The notes below the pieces were generated by a model that worked only from the letters and a program-made list of their open reading frames with translations, was not told the DNA's origin and searched no databases. Below are positions 46,194 through 55,732 of a DNA stretch of 64,000 nucleotides, piece after piece. Every line of letters begins with the position of its first letter. Positions within the stretch are counted from its first letter, which is position 1. The translations under genes and the position numbers were made by a program. The stretch comes from Candidatus Micrarchaeota archaeon (GTDB lineage Archaea; Micrarchaeota; Micrarchaeia; Norongarragalinales; Norongarragalinaceae): NCBI GenBank assembly GCA_043822385.1, contig JBDRBT010000006.1, positions 23,586-87,585 of the forward strand, given 5' to 3'.

Positions 46194-46784
46194 TTAATTA
46201 AAAACAGGTGGCCTTATTCGCGTTTTTTTCTTGAAGTAGTATCCCGCAGCTAAACCAAATATTAATCCGCCTAAGTGAGCTGCGCTTCCTATTCCGCTTC
46301 CTGCATTAAAGCTGCCTAGCAACTCGAGTACGAACCAGAATATTGCTGCTTGCTTCATTGACATTGGAATAAACCAAATGAAAATACGCAAGTCCGGGTA
46401 AAGAATTGCTAGCGCGCCTAGTACCCCAAAAATTCCTCCTGACGCACCTAAAGCAGGTAAAGCAGGAATTATTCCAATTACTGTAGTAGCGTAGTAAGCT
46501 ATTGCACCAATTATTCCCGCTAGCAAGAATATTGCGAGAAAGTTTTTTTTTCCAACTCGGTTTTCCAAAAGCGGTCCGAACATGAACAAGGCAAAACAAT
46601 TGAAGAACAAGTGAAGGAAGCTTCCATGCAAGAACATGGACGTGATTATTCGCCATGGTTCGCTAAAGAAATTGCTTGGGTCAAGCCAAAAACTAGTTGT
46701 GAAGCCGCCTTCCAGTCCAGTTATTAACTGCACTAGGAATACTGCAACAATAAAAACTAGCAGGTATGAATTTAACGACTTCAC
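46194..46784 (-). CDS. rhomboid-family intramembrane serine protease
   Basis: Catalytic GASGGIFGVLGA (GxSG) and the His-containing AAHLGGLIFGLAAG, within a 6-TM layout. Confidence 0.8.
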   Translation of the reverse strand: MKSLNSYLLVFIVAVFLVQLITGLEGGFTTSFWLDPSNFFSEPWRIITSMFLHGSFLHLFFNCFALFMFGPLLENRVGKKNFLAIFLLAGIIGAIAYYATTVIGIIPALPALGASGGIFGVLGALAILYPDLRIFIWFIPMSMKQAAIFWFVLELLGSFNAGSGIGSAAHLGGLIFGLAAGYYFKKKTRIRPPVFN

Positions 46785-46918
46785 TTTTTTTCACTCAACT
46801 TTTTAGCCGCAGCAACAGCATTTGCTTTTCTTTTTAGTGGTTTTCTTTTTAACTGTTTTTTTTACTTTCTTTTTAACAACCATTTTATCCCCTCTTTTAA
46901 TACTAACTCTAGTTTGTT

Positions 46919-47401
46919 TTAAATGCGTTTTTGTTTATTGAGTTTTGCTGCCTTCCTTATTTTTTCAGCGAATTCTTCAGGGTTTTCAGTAGTAAGCCAA
47001 ACCGTATTGAAGAAGCCGGTTTTCTTTTTTATTTCAACCGCGTAATTTTTTCGCGTGATGAAACCAATTACTCTCCCGCCTATTACATTCAGTCTCAAGC
47101 CAAGGCCGAACCACCACGGTACTTTGCATACTTCAACGCTTTCAATGTCTTTAAACAATACTTCGTATTTTACTGGGCCTTGAATTGTTTTCACCGAATT
47201 ATTAGTGATAATAAAACTAGTATTCCAAAAGAACCATATTGCAAGGATTACTGTTAGTGAAATTATTGTTTGAATTACTAAAGCAGGTAAAGGCACGCCG
47301 ATTGAATAAAACAAGGCGAGCATTGTTATTACTAACACTGGGAAAATAAAGCACAGTATTTTTCCACCCCAGCCGAATGGAGCTTTTTCTTCGTAAATCA
47401 T
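46919..47401 (-). CDS. membrane protein with bacterial-PH-like (YdbT/DUF304-type) domain; hypothetical
   Basis: Two N-terminal TM helices followed by a ~100-aa soluble domain. Family call is weak. Confidence 0.4.
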   Translation of the reverse strand: MIYEEKAPFGWGGKILCFIFPVLVITMLALFYSIGVPLPALVIQTIISLTVILAIWFFWNTSFIITNNSVKTIQGPVKYEVLFKDIESVEVCKVPWWFGLGLRLNVIGGRVIGFITRKNYAVEIKKKTGFFNTVWLTTENPEEFAEKIRKAAKLNKQKRI

Positions 47402-47456
47402 TGCTTTTTAATCAATAGGTATTTTCTTAAAATGCTTTGCTTACTATATTAGTATC

Positions 47457-48878
47457 ATGGCTTTAGACAATAAGAAGAACGAAAACTTTTCAGAGTGGTA
47501 CTTGGAGTTAGTGCAAAAGTCCGAGTTAATGGATTATAGCGCAGTGCAGGGCTGCATGATTTTCAGGCCTGCTTCAATATTCATTTGGGAGAGAATTCAA
47601 GAATTCTTGAATGAAAAATTTTCAGTTGATGGCGTAAAGAATGCTTACTTTCCTTTGTTTATTCCTGAATCAATGCTTTCCAAGGAAGCAGAGCACTTTC
47701 AGGGTTTTACGCCTGAAGTAGCTTGGGTTACTCGCGGAGGAAACGATGAATTGGGAGAAAAATTAGCTTTGCGTCCTACTAGCGAGACGGTGATTTATTC
47801 TACTTATGCTAAGTGGGTTTCTTCTTACCGAGACTTGCCTTTGAAATTGAATCAGTGGTGCAATATTATTCGCTGGGACACGAAGACGCTGAAACCGTTC
47901 TTGCGTACTAGAGAGTTCTTGTGGCAGGAAGGACACACTGTTCACTCTAGTGAAGAGGATGCAGAGCGAATGGTTTCGCGTGCTTTAGGTTGGTATATTG
48001 ATGTTTGCAAGGAATTATTGGCTATACCTGTTTTTTACGGCGTTAAAAGCAAGATAGAAACGTTTCCCGGCGCGGTTTACACTATGGGTATCGAGGCGTT
48101 AATGCCTGACGGCAAGTCTTTGCAGTCTGGTACTTCTCATAATTTAGGCCAGAATTTCTCGAAAATGTTTAATTTGCAATTCAAGACTAAGGACGAAACT
48201 AAGGAGTATGGTTGGACTACTTCATGGGGTGTTTCTACCCGGTTGATTGGAGCGGTAGCAATGCTTCACTCTGACGACAAGGGGCTAGTTTTACCTCCTA
48301 AGATTGCTGAAACGCAAGTAGTGATAGTGCCTATTTACAAGACGTTGGAAGACAAGAAAATGTGTGTAATAGCGGCTAACCGAGTTGTTTCGGTGTTGAA
48401 GAAACAAGGTTTGCGTTTGATTATTGACGAGCGGGAGGACAAGACTCCTGGCTTTAAGTTTAATGACTGGGAAATGAAGGGAGTTCCATTACGCATTGAA
48501 ATTGGCTTGATGGATTTAGCTAAAACTGGCGTTACTATTGCTCGCAGGGATACTGGCGAAAAGGAATTCGTTGTTGAAAACGAGGTTTCTGGTTTTGTTG
48601 AAAGCGTTTTGCAAGAAATTCAGTCTAACTTGTACTCAAAAGCTAAGGCGCTTCTTGATTCTTCTGTTGTTGAGGTAGAGCAATTAAAGGAATTAAAGAT
48701 TAGTATTGAAGACAAGAAGATAGTGAAAGCGTTTTGCTGTGATTCTAGGTGTGAGGAAGCTGTTCACGAGGAGTCTCAAGCTACGAGTAGGATTGTAGAA
48801 AAAGCAAGCGCGGAAGGCAAGTGCATTATTTGCAGCAAGCCTACTGCTGATTTGCATTGGTTTGCTAAAGCTTATTAA
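47457..48878 (+). CDS. proS: prolyl-tRNA synthetase (archaeal/eukaryotic type)
   Basis: Class II motifs: FRPASIFIWERIQEF, LRPTSETVIY, FLRTREFLWQEGHTVH, a C-terminal Zn-binding domain with Cys pairs. 473 aa. Confidence 0.9.
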   Translation: MALDNKKNENFSEWYLELVQKSELMDYSAVQGCMIFRPASIFIWERIQEFLNEKFSVDGVKNAYFPLFIPESMLSKEAEHFQGFTPEVAWVTRGGNDELGEKLALRPTSETVIYSTYAKWVSSYRDLPLKLNQWCNIIRWDTKTLKPFLRTREFLWQEGHTVHSSEEDAERMVSRALGWYIDVCKELLAIPVFYGVKSKIETFPGAVYTMGIEALMPDGKSLQSGTSHNLGQNFSKMFNLQFKTKDETKEYGWTTSWGVSTRLIGAVAMLHSDDKGLVLPPKIAETQVVIVPIYKTLEDKKMCVIAANRVVSVLKKQGLRLIIDEREDKTPGFKFNDWEMKGVPLRIEIGLMDLAKTGVTIARRDTGEKEFVVENEVSGFVESVLQEIQSNLYSKAKALLDSSVVEVEQLKELKISIEDKKIVKAFCCDSRCEEAVHEESQATSRIVEKASAEGKCIICSKPTADLHWFAKAY

Positions 48879-48905
48879 AAACCAAGCTTCACTCTTTTAG
48901 TTTAT

Positions 48906-48978
48906 AGCCCTGTAGTATAGTGGTCAAGTATAGCGGCCTTTGGAGCCGTAGACGGCAGTTCGAATCTGCCCAGGGCTA
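48906..48978 (+). tRNA. tRNA-Gln (anticodon TTG)
   Basis: Acceptor AGCCCTG/CAGGGCT with A1:U72 (typical archaeal tRNA-Gln), anticodon arm GCGGC-CTTTGGA-GCCGT, T-arm GGCAG-TTCGAAT-CTGCC, discriminator A. The D-stem is weak (two G.U pairs). Confidence 0.75.
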
Positions 48979-49063
48979 CTTTTTTGCCTAAACGTTTAAA
49001 TAAGATAGTGCTTATTTTTTTTCAGTCTTTATTCCTTCACAATTTTTTTAGAGTGATTATTTA

Positions 49064-49219
49064 ATGGGTTTAACTGAAGCTGGCTTGGGTTCAATGCTTG
49101 TTTTCTTTTTAGCTGCTTCCTTGTTTGTTTTCTCGACTGACACTAGCGAGGCTTTGTTGTACGCTATTGTTTTGCCAGCGTTGTTTTTTTGGATTGTAGT
49201 GCCTAACCGGTTTGGCTGA
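49064..49219 (+). CDS. candidate small two-TM membrane protein (51 aa), not in the ORF track
   Basis: ATG preceded by GAGTGA 7 nt upstream. Product MGLTEAGLGSMLVFFLAASLFVFSTDTSEALLYAIVLPALFFWIVVPNRFG has two hydrophobic helices. Confidence 0.3.
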   Translation: MGLTEAGLGSMLVFFLAASLFVFSTDTSEALLYAIVLPALFFWIVVPNRFG

Positions 49220-49286
49220 TTTTTTAGATTGTGGTTTTAAATTCTTTTACTCCTTAATTTACTCGTTTTAATAGGTGTTTTATTAG

Positions 49287-52200
49287 TTGTTTGTTGAATC
49301 CATTTCCTTAAAAAATTTCAAGTCATTCAAAAACGCTACAGTCCAGTTTGAACGAGGCTTTAATTCTATAGTAGGACCAAATGGCTCTGGTAAGACGAAC
49401 GTTGTAGATGCGTTGTTGTTTGCTTTCGGCGAGTCGTCGCTTAAAGCAATGCGCGTAAAGAAAACAATGGATTTGTTGTTTAACAACGCGGGAGTGGCGG
49501 AAGTAAGCATTATTGTTTCTTCAGGAAAAGAAAAACACTCTATTTCTAGGTTGATTAGGAAAGATGGAAAACAAAAGTACTTAATGGATGGAAGGCGAGT
49601 GAAAAAGTACGTTATTGAAGAGTTCTTGTTAAAGAACCGAATTTCTTTGAATCACGTTATCAAGCAGGGGGAAGTGCAGCGAATAGTTGAAATGAATTCC
49701 AAGGACCGTCGTTTGTTGATTGATTTCGTGGCTAATGTTTCTGATTACGAAGCAAAAAAGAAGGAAGCGTTGTCTGAACTCCAGAAAGTACAGAATACTT
49801 TGAATGAATCTAACGTATTGCTTGGCGAGAAAGAAGGTTTTTTGAAGGAGTTAGCTGAAGAAAAAAAGAGCGCGGAAAAATACTTGTTTTTAAGCGAGCG
49901 GTTGAAGTCTTTGAAAGCTACTCTCTTGAATTTGGATTTGAGTGTTTTAAATAATGAATTCAAGTCTTTAGTTGAAACTAACCTTGATTTGGATTCAAAA
50001 GCCAGGTGTATGCAGGAAGAAATTTCTAGTATTGATTTGGTTGTTGTTGATTTGCAGACGCAAATAGAGGATTTAAACCAAAAGATTTTATTAAAGGGTA
50101 AAGGCAAGGAAGTTGACTTGCAGAGAGAAATTGACGAGTTAAACAATTTGATTTCTCAAGGAAAATTATTGATTCAAGAAAAGAAAATGGAGTTAGAAAA
50201 AGTTTCAACAAGGAGTTTTGAAGTAAAACTCGAAAAACTAAAAGCGTTGGATGAAGTTAATGCGCAGAAAAAAAATCTAGTTGTTTTCATTGATGATTTG
50301 AAGGAAGTAAGCGCAATGCTTTCAAAAGAAGAGAGCGGTTTGAATAAATTAGTTGGTGCTAGTTCTTCTTTCACTAGTGATTTTCATTCTGCAGTAAAGA
50401 AAATGCAGTTGCTTGAAGAAGAAATGCTTTCAACTAAAGAAAGATTAAACGAGATTCAAGCGGAAACCGGCAAGAACAAGGAAGTACAGAGAATGAAGGA
50501 ACTCGAGCTAGAGCGCCTTCGCAAGGGTTTCGTGAGTGATTCGTCTAATAGATTAAAGGAATTAAAGTCTGGTTTAACCAAGGTTGATAAAGAGCTTGTT
50601 GAATGCGAGAGTAAAGTAAGTGATTTGTTTAGTGTTGAAAAGAAATTAAACAAGGAATTACAGGAAACTGAAATTGATTTAGTTGAATCCAGGAAGAAAT
50701 TTTCTTTTTACGAGGGTCGTTTGAGGCAAGTTGGTGGTTCTTCAAGCTTGTTTGAAGCAGTAAACGCATTGAAGCAAGTGAAAGGGGTTTATGGTACGGT
50801 TCAGGAATTGATTAATTTTGATTCAAAATACGTTATTCCTGTTTCTACTGCTTTAGGCCCAAGGCTTTCTTTTGTTGTAGTTGATTCAGTAAAAACTGCT
50901 GGAAAAAGCATTGAATTCCTTAAGAAAGAGAGGAAAGGAAGAGTTTCGTTTATTCCTTTAGATAAGATTTACGCCAAGTCTTTGTCTAGTGAAGAAAAAG
51001 CGTTGAAGAAAGAAAAAGGCGCAATAGACTTTTTGATTAACTTGCTTTCTTTTGATTCAAAATTCAAGAACGCTATAGAGTTTTGTTGCGGCAACACGCT
51101 GGTAATGAACGACTTTTCTTCAGCTGAAGACTTAATTGGTGAAGCAAGGTTAATTACTTTAGAGGGAGAGTTGTTTGAACAATCTGGCTTGGTTTCAGGG
51201 GGTTCTTCAAGTGATAAATTAAACCCGTTTTTGGAAGCTAAAGAACTAGAAAAATGGGCGTCCAAGCTAACTAAGCTTGAAGCAGAACGCCAGATTTTGC
51301 TTTCTTCACTTAATTCAAACCGTGATGAAGGAAGCGAAGCTCGAAAGAAGCGTGTGGAAGCAGAATTGTTGAAGAAAAAGTTCGAGCTCGAGTTAGAGCA
51401 CGTTCAGAACGAGGAATTGCAAAACCAAGAAAAATTAAAGGATTTGAAGAAGGCGGTTAGTGATTTAACTGTGGAAATAAAGCAGTGCGCTGAGGAAATA
51501 GTCAAGGGCGATGATGAGCGCAGGGAATTAGTCAGGGAGTTATCGCAGCTTAATGTTCACTTTTTGTCGTTAAAGGAAAAAGTGGATGTAGAAAAACAAC
51601 AGAGTTTTGGCAATGAAGTAAAAGAGAGAGAACACCGGGTTTCTGAACTCAAAATAAAATCGTCTGAATTAAAGAGTGAGAAGTCTGCTATTGAAACTAA
51701 GTTGAGCGTTTTCGAGAAGCAATTAGTTGGCATTGAAAAGCAAGAGAAGGATTTGCTTGAGCAAGTGAAGGAATACGAGGGAGTGCAAAAGGAAGCTGAT
51801 TCTAGAATAAAGGTTGCTAGAGAAAAACTCAAGGAGAAACTAGAGGAACAAAAGAAAGTAGCTGGCCACTTGAAGGAAATTTGGGTTTCGCGTGCTGAAT
51901 TCGAGAAGAAAATAAAGGTAATGGGTGAAAAGAAGGCTAAAACCCAGTTTGATTTAGAGGAAAAAATTCGTCCAGGCAAGCAAAAGAATGAAGTGCGTTT
52001 AGCTACTTTACAAGAACGCATTAGTGGCTTGACGTTGCAGTTAGATGACTTGGGTGAAGTTAAACTCTTAAGTAAGTCTGAGGATGACGCGCCTGCTCTT
52101 GAGAAGGAAACTCAGTCTATTGAAAACGAACTTGAGGGTTTAGGTCAAATAAACATGCGTGCTATTGATGATTACGAGCGGAAGGCTGGTGACTTTGAGG

Positions 52201-52730
52201 TTCAAAAAGAGAGAGTAAAGAAGCTTGTTGAAGAAAGGGAAGCAGTGATTTCAATAATCACTGAGATTGAAGGAAAGAAAATTGCTACTTTCATGGAGTC
52301 TTTCAATGCTATAAACAAGAATTTCCAGCACTTGTTTTCACAAATTTTTGTTGGGCAAGGAACTTTGTTCCTAGAGAATGAAGAAAACCCGTTTGAAGGC
52401 GGTTTAACTATTAAAGTCCAGTTGGATAGGAAGGAAGTAAAGTACTTGGAGTTAATGTCTGGTGGAGAAAAATCTTTAATTGCTTTGATTTTCTTGTTCG
52501 CTATACAGGGAGTTAGTCCTTCGAGTGTTTACATTTTGGACGAGGCGGATGCTGCTTTGGATGATGAAAACTCTCGAAAGCTGCAGGAATTAATTAATGC
52601 TTTGAGTAATGATACTCAATTTATTGTTGTTACGCACAATGAAACGGTTTACAAGAAAGCTGATTGCTTGATTGGTGTTGCAATGCAAGGACATGATGGA
52701 AGCAAGCTTGTTGAAGTGAAATTATCGTGA
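49287..52730 (+). CDS. smc: chromosome segregation protein SMC
   Basis: N-terminal Walker A (FNSIVGPNGSGKTN), a long coiled coil, a hinge region, and the C-terminal signature LSGGEKSLIALIFLFAIQ with Walker B YILDEADAALD. 1147 aa. The start appears to be TTG. Confidence 0.9.
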   Translation: MFVESISLKNFKSFKNATVQFERGFNSIVGPNGSGKTNVVDALLFAFGESSLKAMRVKKTMDLLFNNAGVAEVSIIVSSGKEKHSISRLIRKDGKQKYLMDGRRVKKYVIEEFLLKNRISLNHVIKQGEVQRIVEMNSKDRRLLIDFVANVSDYEAKKKEALSELQKVQNTLNESNVLLGEKEGFLKELAEEKKSAEKYLFLSERLKSLKATLLNLDLSVLNNEFKSLVETNLDLDSKARCMQEEISSIDLVVVDLQTQIEDLNQKILLKGKGKEVDLQREIDELNNLISQGKLLIQEKKMELEKVSTRSFEVKLEKLKALDEVNAQKKNLVVFIDDLKEVSAMLSKEESGLNKLVGASSSFTSDFHSAVKKMQLLEEEMLSTKERLNEIQAETGKNKEVQRMKELELERLRKGFVSDSSNRLKELKSGLTKVDKELVECESKVSDLFSVEKKLNKELQETEIDLVESRKKFSFYEGRLRQVGGSSSLFEAVNALKQVKGVYGTVQELINFDSKYVIPVSTALGPRLSFVVVDSVKTAGKSIEFLKKERKGRVSFIPLDKIYAKSLSSEEKALKKEKGAIDFLINLLSFDSKFKNAIEFCCGNTLVMNDFSSAEDLIGEARLITLEGELFEQSGLVSGGSSSDKLNPFLEAKELEKWASKLTKLEAERQILLSSLNSNRDEGSEARKKRVEAELLKKKFELELEHVQNEELQNQEKLKDLKKAVSDLTVEIKQCAEEIVKGDDERRELVRELSQLNVHFLSLKEKVDVEKQQSFGNEVKEREHRVSELKIKSSELKSEKSAIETKLSVFEKQLVGIEKQEKDLLEQVKEYEGVQKEADSRIKVAREKLKEKLEEQKKVAGHLKEIWVSRAEFEKKIKVMGEKKAKTQFDLEEKIRPGKQKNEVRLATLQERISGLTLQLDDLGEVKLLSKSEDDAPALEKETQSIENELEGLGQINMRAIDDYERKAGDFEVQKERVKKLVEEREAVISIITEIEGKKIATFMESFNAINKNFQHLFSQIFVGQGTLFLENEENPFEGGLTIKVQLDRKEVKYLELMSGGEKSLIALIFLFAIQGVSPSSVYILDEADAALDDENSRKLQELINALSNDTQFIVVTHNETVYKKADCLIGVAMQGHDGSKLVEVKLS

Positions 52731-53449
52731 TTAAAAAAGTGAAAAAACCTTTTGTTTCAATAATCGTGCCGTCTTTAAATGAAGAAAAAAACATTGAGGC
52801 TTGCTTGAAGTCTTTACGCAAGCAGGACTTTGGTTTTGATTTCGAGATTATTCTAGCTGACGGCGACAGCAAGGACAAGACGAGGCTTATTGCTAAGAAA
52901 TACGTTGACGCGATTGTTGTTGAGCACAAGCACACGATTGCTGCTGGTCGTCAAATGGGTTGTGCTAAAGCTCGCGGTGAATTGTTTGTTTTCACTGATT
53001 CTGACTCGATTCCGGATAAAGAATGGCTTTTGAGGATTACTGCTCCTTTTGTTGACCCTAAAGTTGTTGCTTCTTACGGTACTGCTAGCTTGTTGAAGCC
53101 GACTTTACTTGAACGAGTTCTAGCTAAAACCGTGTTTTCTTTGTACTTGTTAGTAACGAGTGTGATTGGAATGCATTCAGGGCCTGGTTTTAATTTGGCT
53201 GTTCGCGCTAGCGCTTTTCATGCAGTGAAGGGTTTTGATGTTCACTTGGTTACTGCTGAAGACGTTGCTTTACTCAAGAAATTAAAGAAGCACGGTAAAA
53301 TAGTTTTCGTGCCTGGAGCGGTAGTAGCGGTTTCTCCGCGCAGGATTCGAAAGTGGGGTTTGCTGAAGTTTATTTCTTTTCACGTAAAGAACTTGCTTGA
53401 AGAAAGTCTTTTAGGCAAGTCTGAACGAGAATACGAGCCAGTGCGTTAA
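52727..53449 (+). CDS. family 2 glycosyltransferase (dolichyl-phosphate sugar transferase-like)
   Basis: VSIIVPSLNEEKNI, EIILADGDSKDKT and the DxD-like FTDSDS motif are GT2 hallmarks. It overlaps the smc stop. Confidence 0.8.
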   Translation: MIKKVKKPFVSIIVPSLNEEKNIEACLKSLRKQDFGFDFEIILADGDSKDKTRLIAKKYVDAIVVEHKHTIAAGRQMGCAKARGELFVFTDSDSIPDKEWLLRITAPFVDPKVVASYGTASLLKPTLLERVLAKTVFSLYLLVTSVIGMHSGPGFNLAVRASAFHAVKGFDVHLVTAEDVALLKKLKKHGKIVFVPGAVVAVSPRRIRKWGLLKFISFHVKNLLEESLLGKSEREYEPVR

Positions 53450-53477
53450 CCGGTTCCACCGGAATTGAGGTTCGCCT

Positions 53478-53693
53478 TTGCTTTTTATTCAGCTTTTTTT
53501 AACTCTTTTCCAGTTTAACCCGCTGGGGAGTTGGTTCGTAATGAAAATGGATGTTTCGAAGATTTCTTACCGTGATTTAGAGAAAGTGTTTTCTGAAGCA
53601 GATTACCACGTGCATGAAATAATTCGCGTTGGAGGGCGAGTTATTTTAGATTGCGCTTACATTCAAAGCAATCTCGTGGCTGTTTCAGCCTAA
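53478..53693 (+). CDS. hypothetical small protein
   Basis: 71-aa ORF with a hydrophobic N-terminus and no motif. Low support. Confidence 0.25.
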   Translation: MLFIQLFLTLFQFNPLGSWFVMKMDVSKISYRDLEKVFSEADYHVHEIIRVGGRVILDCAYIQSNLVAVSA

Positions 53694-53735
53694 TCCCCTC
53701 TTTTTTTATTCTTTGTTTTCTTCTATTCTTTTGGA

Positions 53736-54266
53736 ATGAATATTGGTGTTTTAGGTGCGGATGGTTCAGGAAAAACTACGTTAATTTATTCCTTATCCAA
53801 GCATTTGAGTAAAAACAAGGTGCCTGTAAAGTCTTACAATTTCGACGTGTCAGTGAAGCACTTACCTTACCCTGTTGATTTTGATGTTAGAAAAAAAGTA
53901 AAAAAGAAAGAACTTGAAGACGGTTACTCTAAATTGTTTTTCGAGAAAACCAAAGACGTTGTTTTTTACGATTTAGGTGGGGGAATAGATTTCTTTCTCC
54001 AGAATAAAAACTTGTTGAAGAAATTCAACTTGCTTTTGTACGTTTGCGAGGATTACGGAGAAAAAACGCTTGACGCGTTGCAAGACTTGTTAGTGAAAGC
54101 ATTCAACACGCCTGTTTTTGTTGTAGTGAACAAGATTGATTTAAAGAAGTCTTTCTCAACTAGCGTTTTCGAGTCTGTTCCAGTGAGAAAAAGAAAAATA
54201 GCTAGAGTGTCTGCTTGGGAAAAAACTGGTTTGCACGCCTTAGCTAAACAACTTGACGTGGTTTGA
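53736..54266 (+). CDS. small GTP-binding protein (Ras-like superfamily)
   Basis: G1 GADGSGKTT, G3 DLGGG, G4 NKID. 176 aa. Confidence 0.6.
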   Translation: MNIGVLGADGSGKTTLIYSLSKHLSKNKVPVKSYNFDVSVKHLPYPVDFDVRKKVKKKELEDGYSKLFFEKTKDVVFYDLGGGIDFFLQNKNLLKKFNLLLYVCEDYGEKTLDALQDLLVKAFNTPVFVVVNKIDLKKSFSTSVFESVPVRKRKIARVSAWEKTGLHALAKQLDVV

Positions 54267-54962
54267 TTGCGTTTTTGGGAGATTGATTTTTGCCGCGGTC
54301 TAGCTGTAATAGCAATGATTGCTTTCAACTGGCTTTACGCTCTTGGCTTTTTCGGCTTGATTTCCTTTAACGCTAATGAATTAGTTTGGTGGATTACGGC
54401 TAGAGTAATTGGTTTTTCTTTCATTTTCATTGCTGGAGTTTCTTTTTACTTAGCTAGCGAAAAAAACAAGAACTTGCTGCAACGCGGCGCGAAAGTTTTT
54501 TTTGCTGGCTTGCTTGTTACCGTAGTAACCTGGGTTTTCGTTCCTAAAGTATTCGTGGTTTTCGGTGTTTTACACTTAATCGGCGTTTCAATGATTCTAG
54601 CGTTGTTTTTCAAGCGTTTTTCTAACCGCGTCTTGCTTGCTGCAGGCGCTTTAATTGCATTGATTGGTTTTGTTTTACCTAGTTTTTCTTTCGATTACTC
54701 TTGGTTTTTGTGGTTGGGTTTAATGCCGCATACTTTTTCTACTCTTGATTACTTTCCTTTGCTTCCTTGGTTCAGCGTGTTTCTTTTCGGTATTGTTTTC
54801 GCTAGAATTTTTTACTTCAAAGCAAAAAGACGGTTTATTTTCCCTGAAAAAAAGTCTTTCTTATTAGGGGTTTTAGGCAAGAATTCTCTGGCTTTGTATT
54901 TGCTGCATATTCCTTTCTTGCTTTTTTTGCTTTATTTTTTTGGTTTTAATTTTTTAAAGTAA
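54267..54962 (+). CDS. polytopic membrane protein (DUF1624/acyltransferase-3-like?)
   Basis: 231 aa with about 7 hydrophobic helices. N-terminal FWEIDFCRGLAVIAMIAFN resembles DUF1624-type proteins. Weak call. Confidence 0.45.
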   Translation: MRFWEIDFCRGLAVIAMIAFNWLYALGFFGLISFNANELVWWITARVIGFSFIFIAGVSFYLASEKNKNLLQRGAKVFFAGLLVTVVTWVFVPKVFVVFGVLHLIGVSMILALFFKRFSNRVLLAAGALIALIGFVLPSFSFDYSWFLWLGLMPHTFSTLDYFPLLPWFSVFLFGIVFARIFYFKAKRRFIFPEKKSFLLGVLGKNSLALYLLHIPFLLFLLYFFGFNFLK

Positions 54963-55053
54963 GGGTTTTTAAAGGTAGTTGAGTATTATTTGTTTGCAAT
55001 CCATTGATTTTCTTTTTTAATTATTAATCTATTTGTGGAGTTGGTTAACCCGT

Positions 55054-55677
55054 ATGAGTGAAGAACCAAAAGTTTTCAAAGGAACTACTACCGTAGGAAT
55101 TGTTTTTGCGGAAGGAGTAGTTTTAGCTGCAGACAAGAGAGCGTCTTTCTCTAACTTTATTGCTTCTCGCGAAGCAGAAAAAATTCACGTTGTTGGCGAT
55201 AAAATGGCTATGACTATTGCAGGCGGCGTGGGCGATGCTCAAACCCTAGTTAGGGCTCTTAAGGCGGAGTTGGAACTGCAAAAGTTTTCTAAAGGCAAAG
55301 ACTTGACTGTAAAAGGCGCGTCTACTTTACTATCGAACATACTGCAGAGTAATAAGTATTACCCGTTCATGGTGCAGTTGATAGTAGCTGGTTTTGACGA
55401 GAGTCCGCAGTTGTTTGATTTAGATCCTTTAGGTGGATTAATGAAGGAAAATTATGTTTCAACTGGCTCCGGTAGTGTTGTCGCGTACGGAGTATTAGAC
55501 GAAAACTATAAGGAATCAATGACTATTAGTGATGCTTCAAAGCTTGCTGTGAGAGCGGTTTCTGCGGCAATGAAGCGCGATTCAGCTACTGGGGATGGGA
55601 TTGATTTAGTAGTTGTAACAAAAAATGGAGTGAAAAGATTTTCAGAAGAAGAAATAAACGCATTAAAGAATCGTTAG
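55054..55677 (+). CDS. psmB: proteasome subunit beta
   Basis: Propeptide followed by G/TTTVGIVFAEGVVLAADKRAS (catalytic Thr1 context). ATG at 55054 inside a TTG-initiated ORF. Confidence 0.9.
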   Translation: MSEEPKVFKGTTTVGIVFAEGVVLAADKRASFSNFIASREAEKIHVVGDKMAMTIAGGVGDAQTLVRALKAELELQKFSKGKDLTVKGASTLLSNILQSNKYYPFMVQLIVAGFDESPQLFDLDPLGGLMKENYVSTGSGSVVAYGVLDENYKESMTISDASKLAVRAVSAAMKRDSATGDGIDLVVVTKNGVKRFSEEEINALKNR

Positions 55678-55732
55678 TTTCCGAGCATTTTTTTTCGGTG
55701 TGTTTTTCTTTGATTAAACGAATTGGTGAAAC

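Noticed and set aside
49283-49510. 75-aa minus-strand ORF overlapping the smc start
   Set aside because: Antisense to the strongly supported SMC N-terminal Walker A region, with no motifs.
49745-52021. Antisense ORFs inside smc (49745..50146, 50969..51265, 51557..52021)
   Set aside because: Antisense to the coiled-coil-encoding GAA/AAG-rich sequence. Ser/Phe-rich translations with no features.
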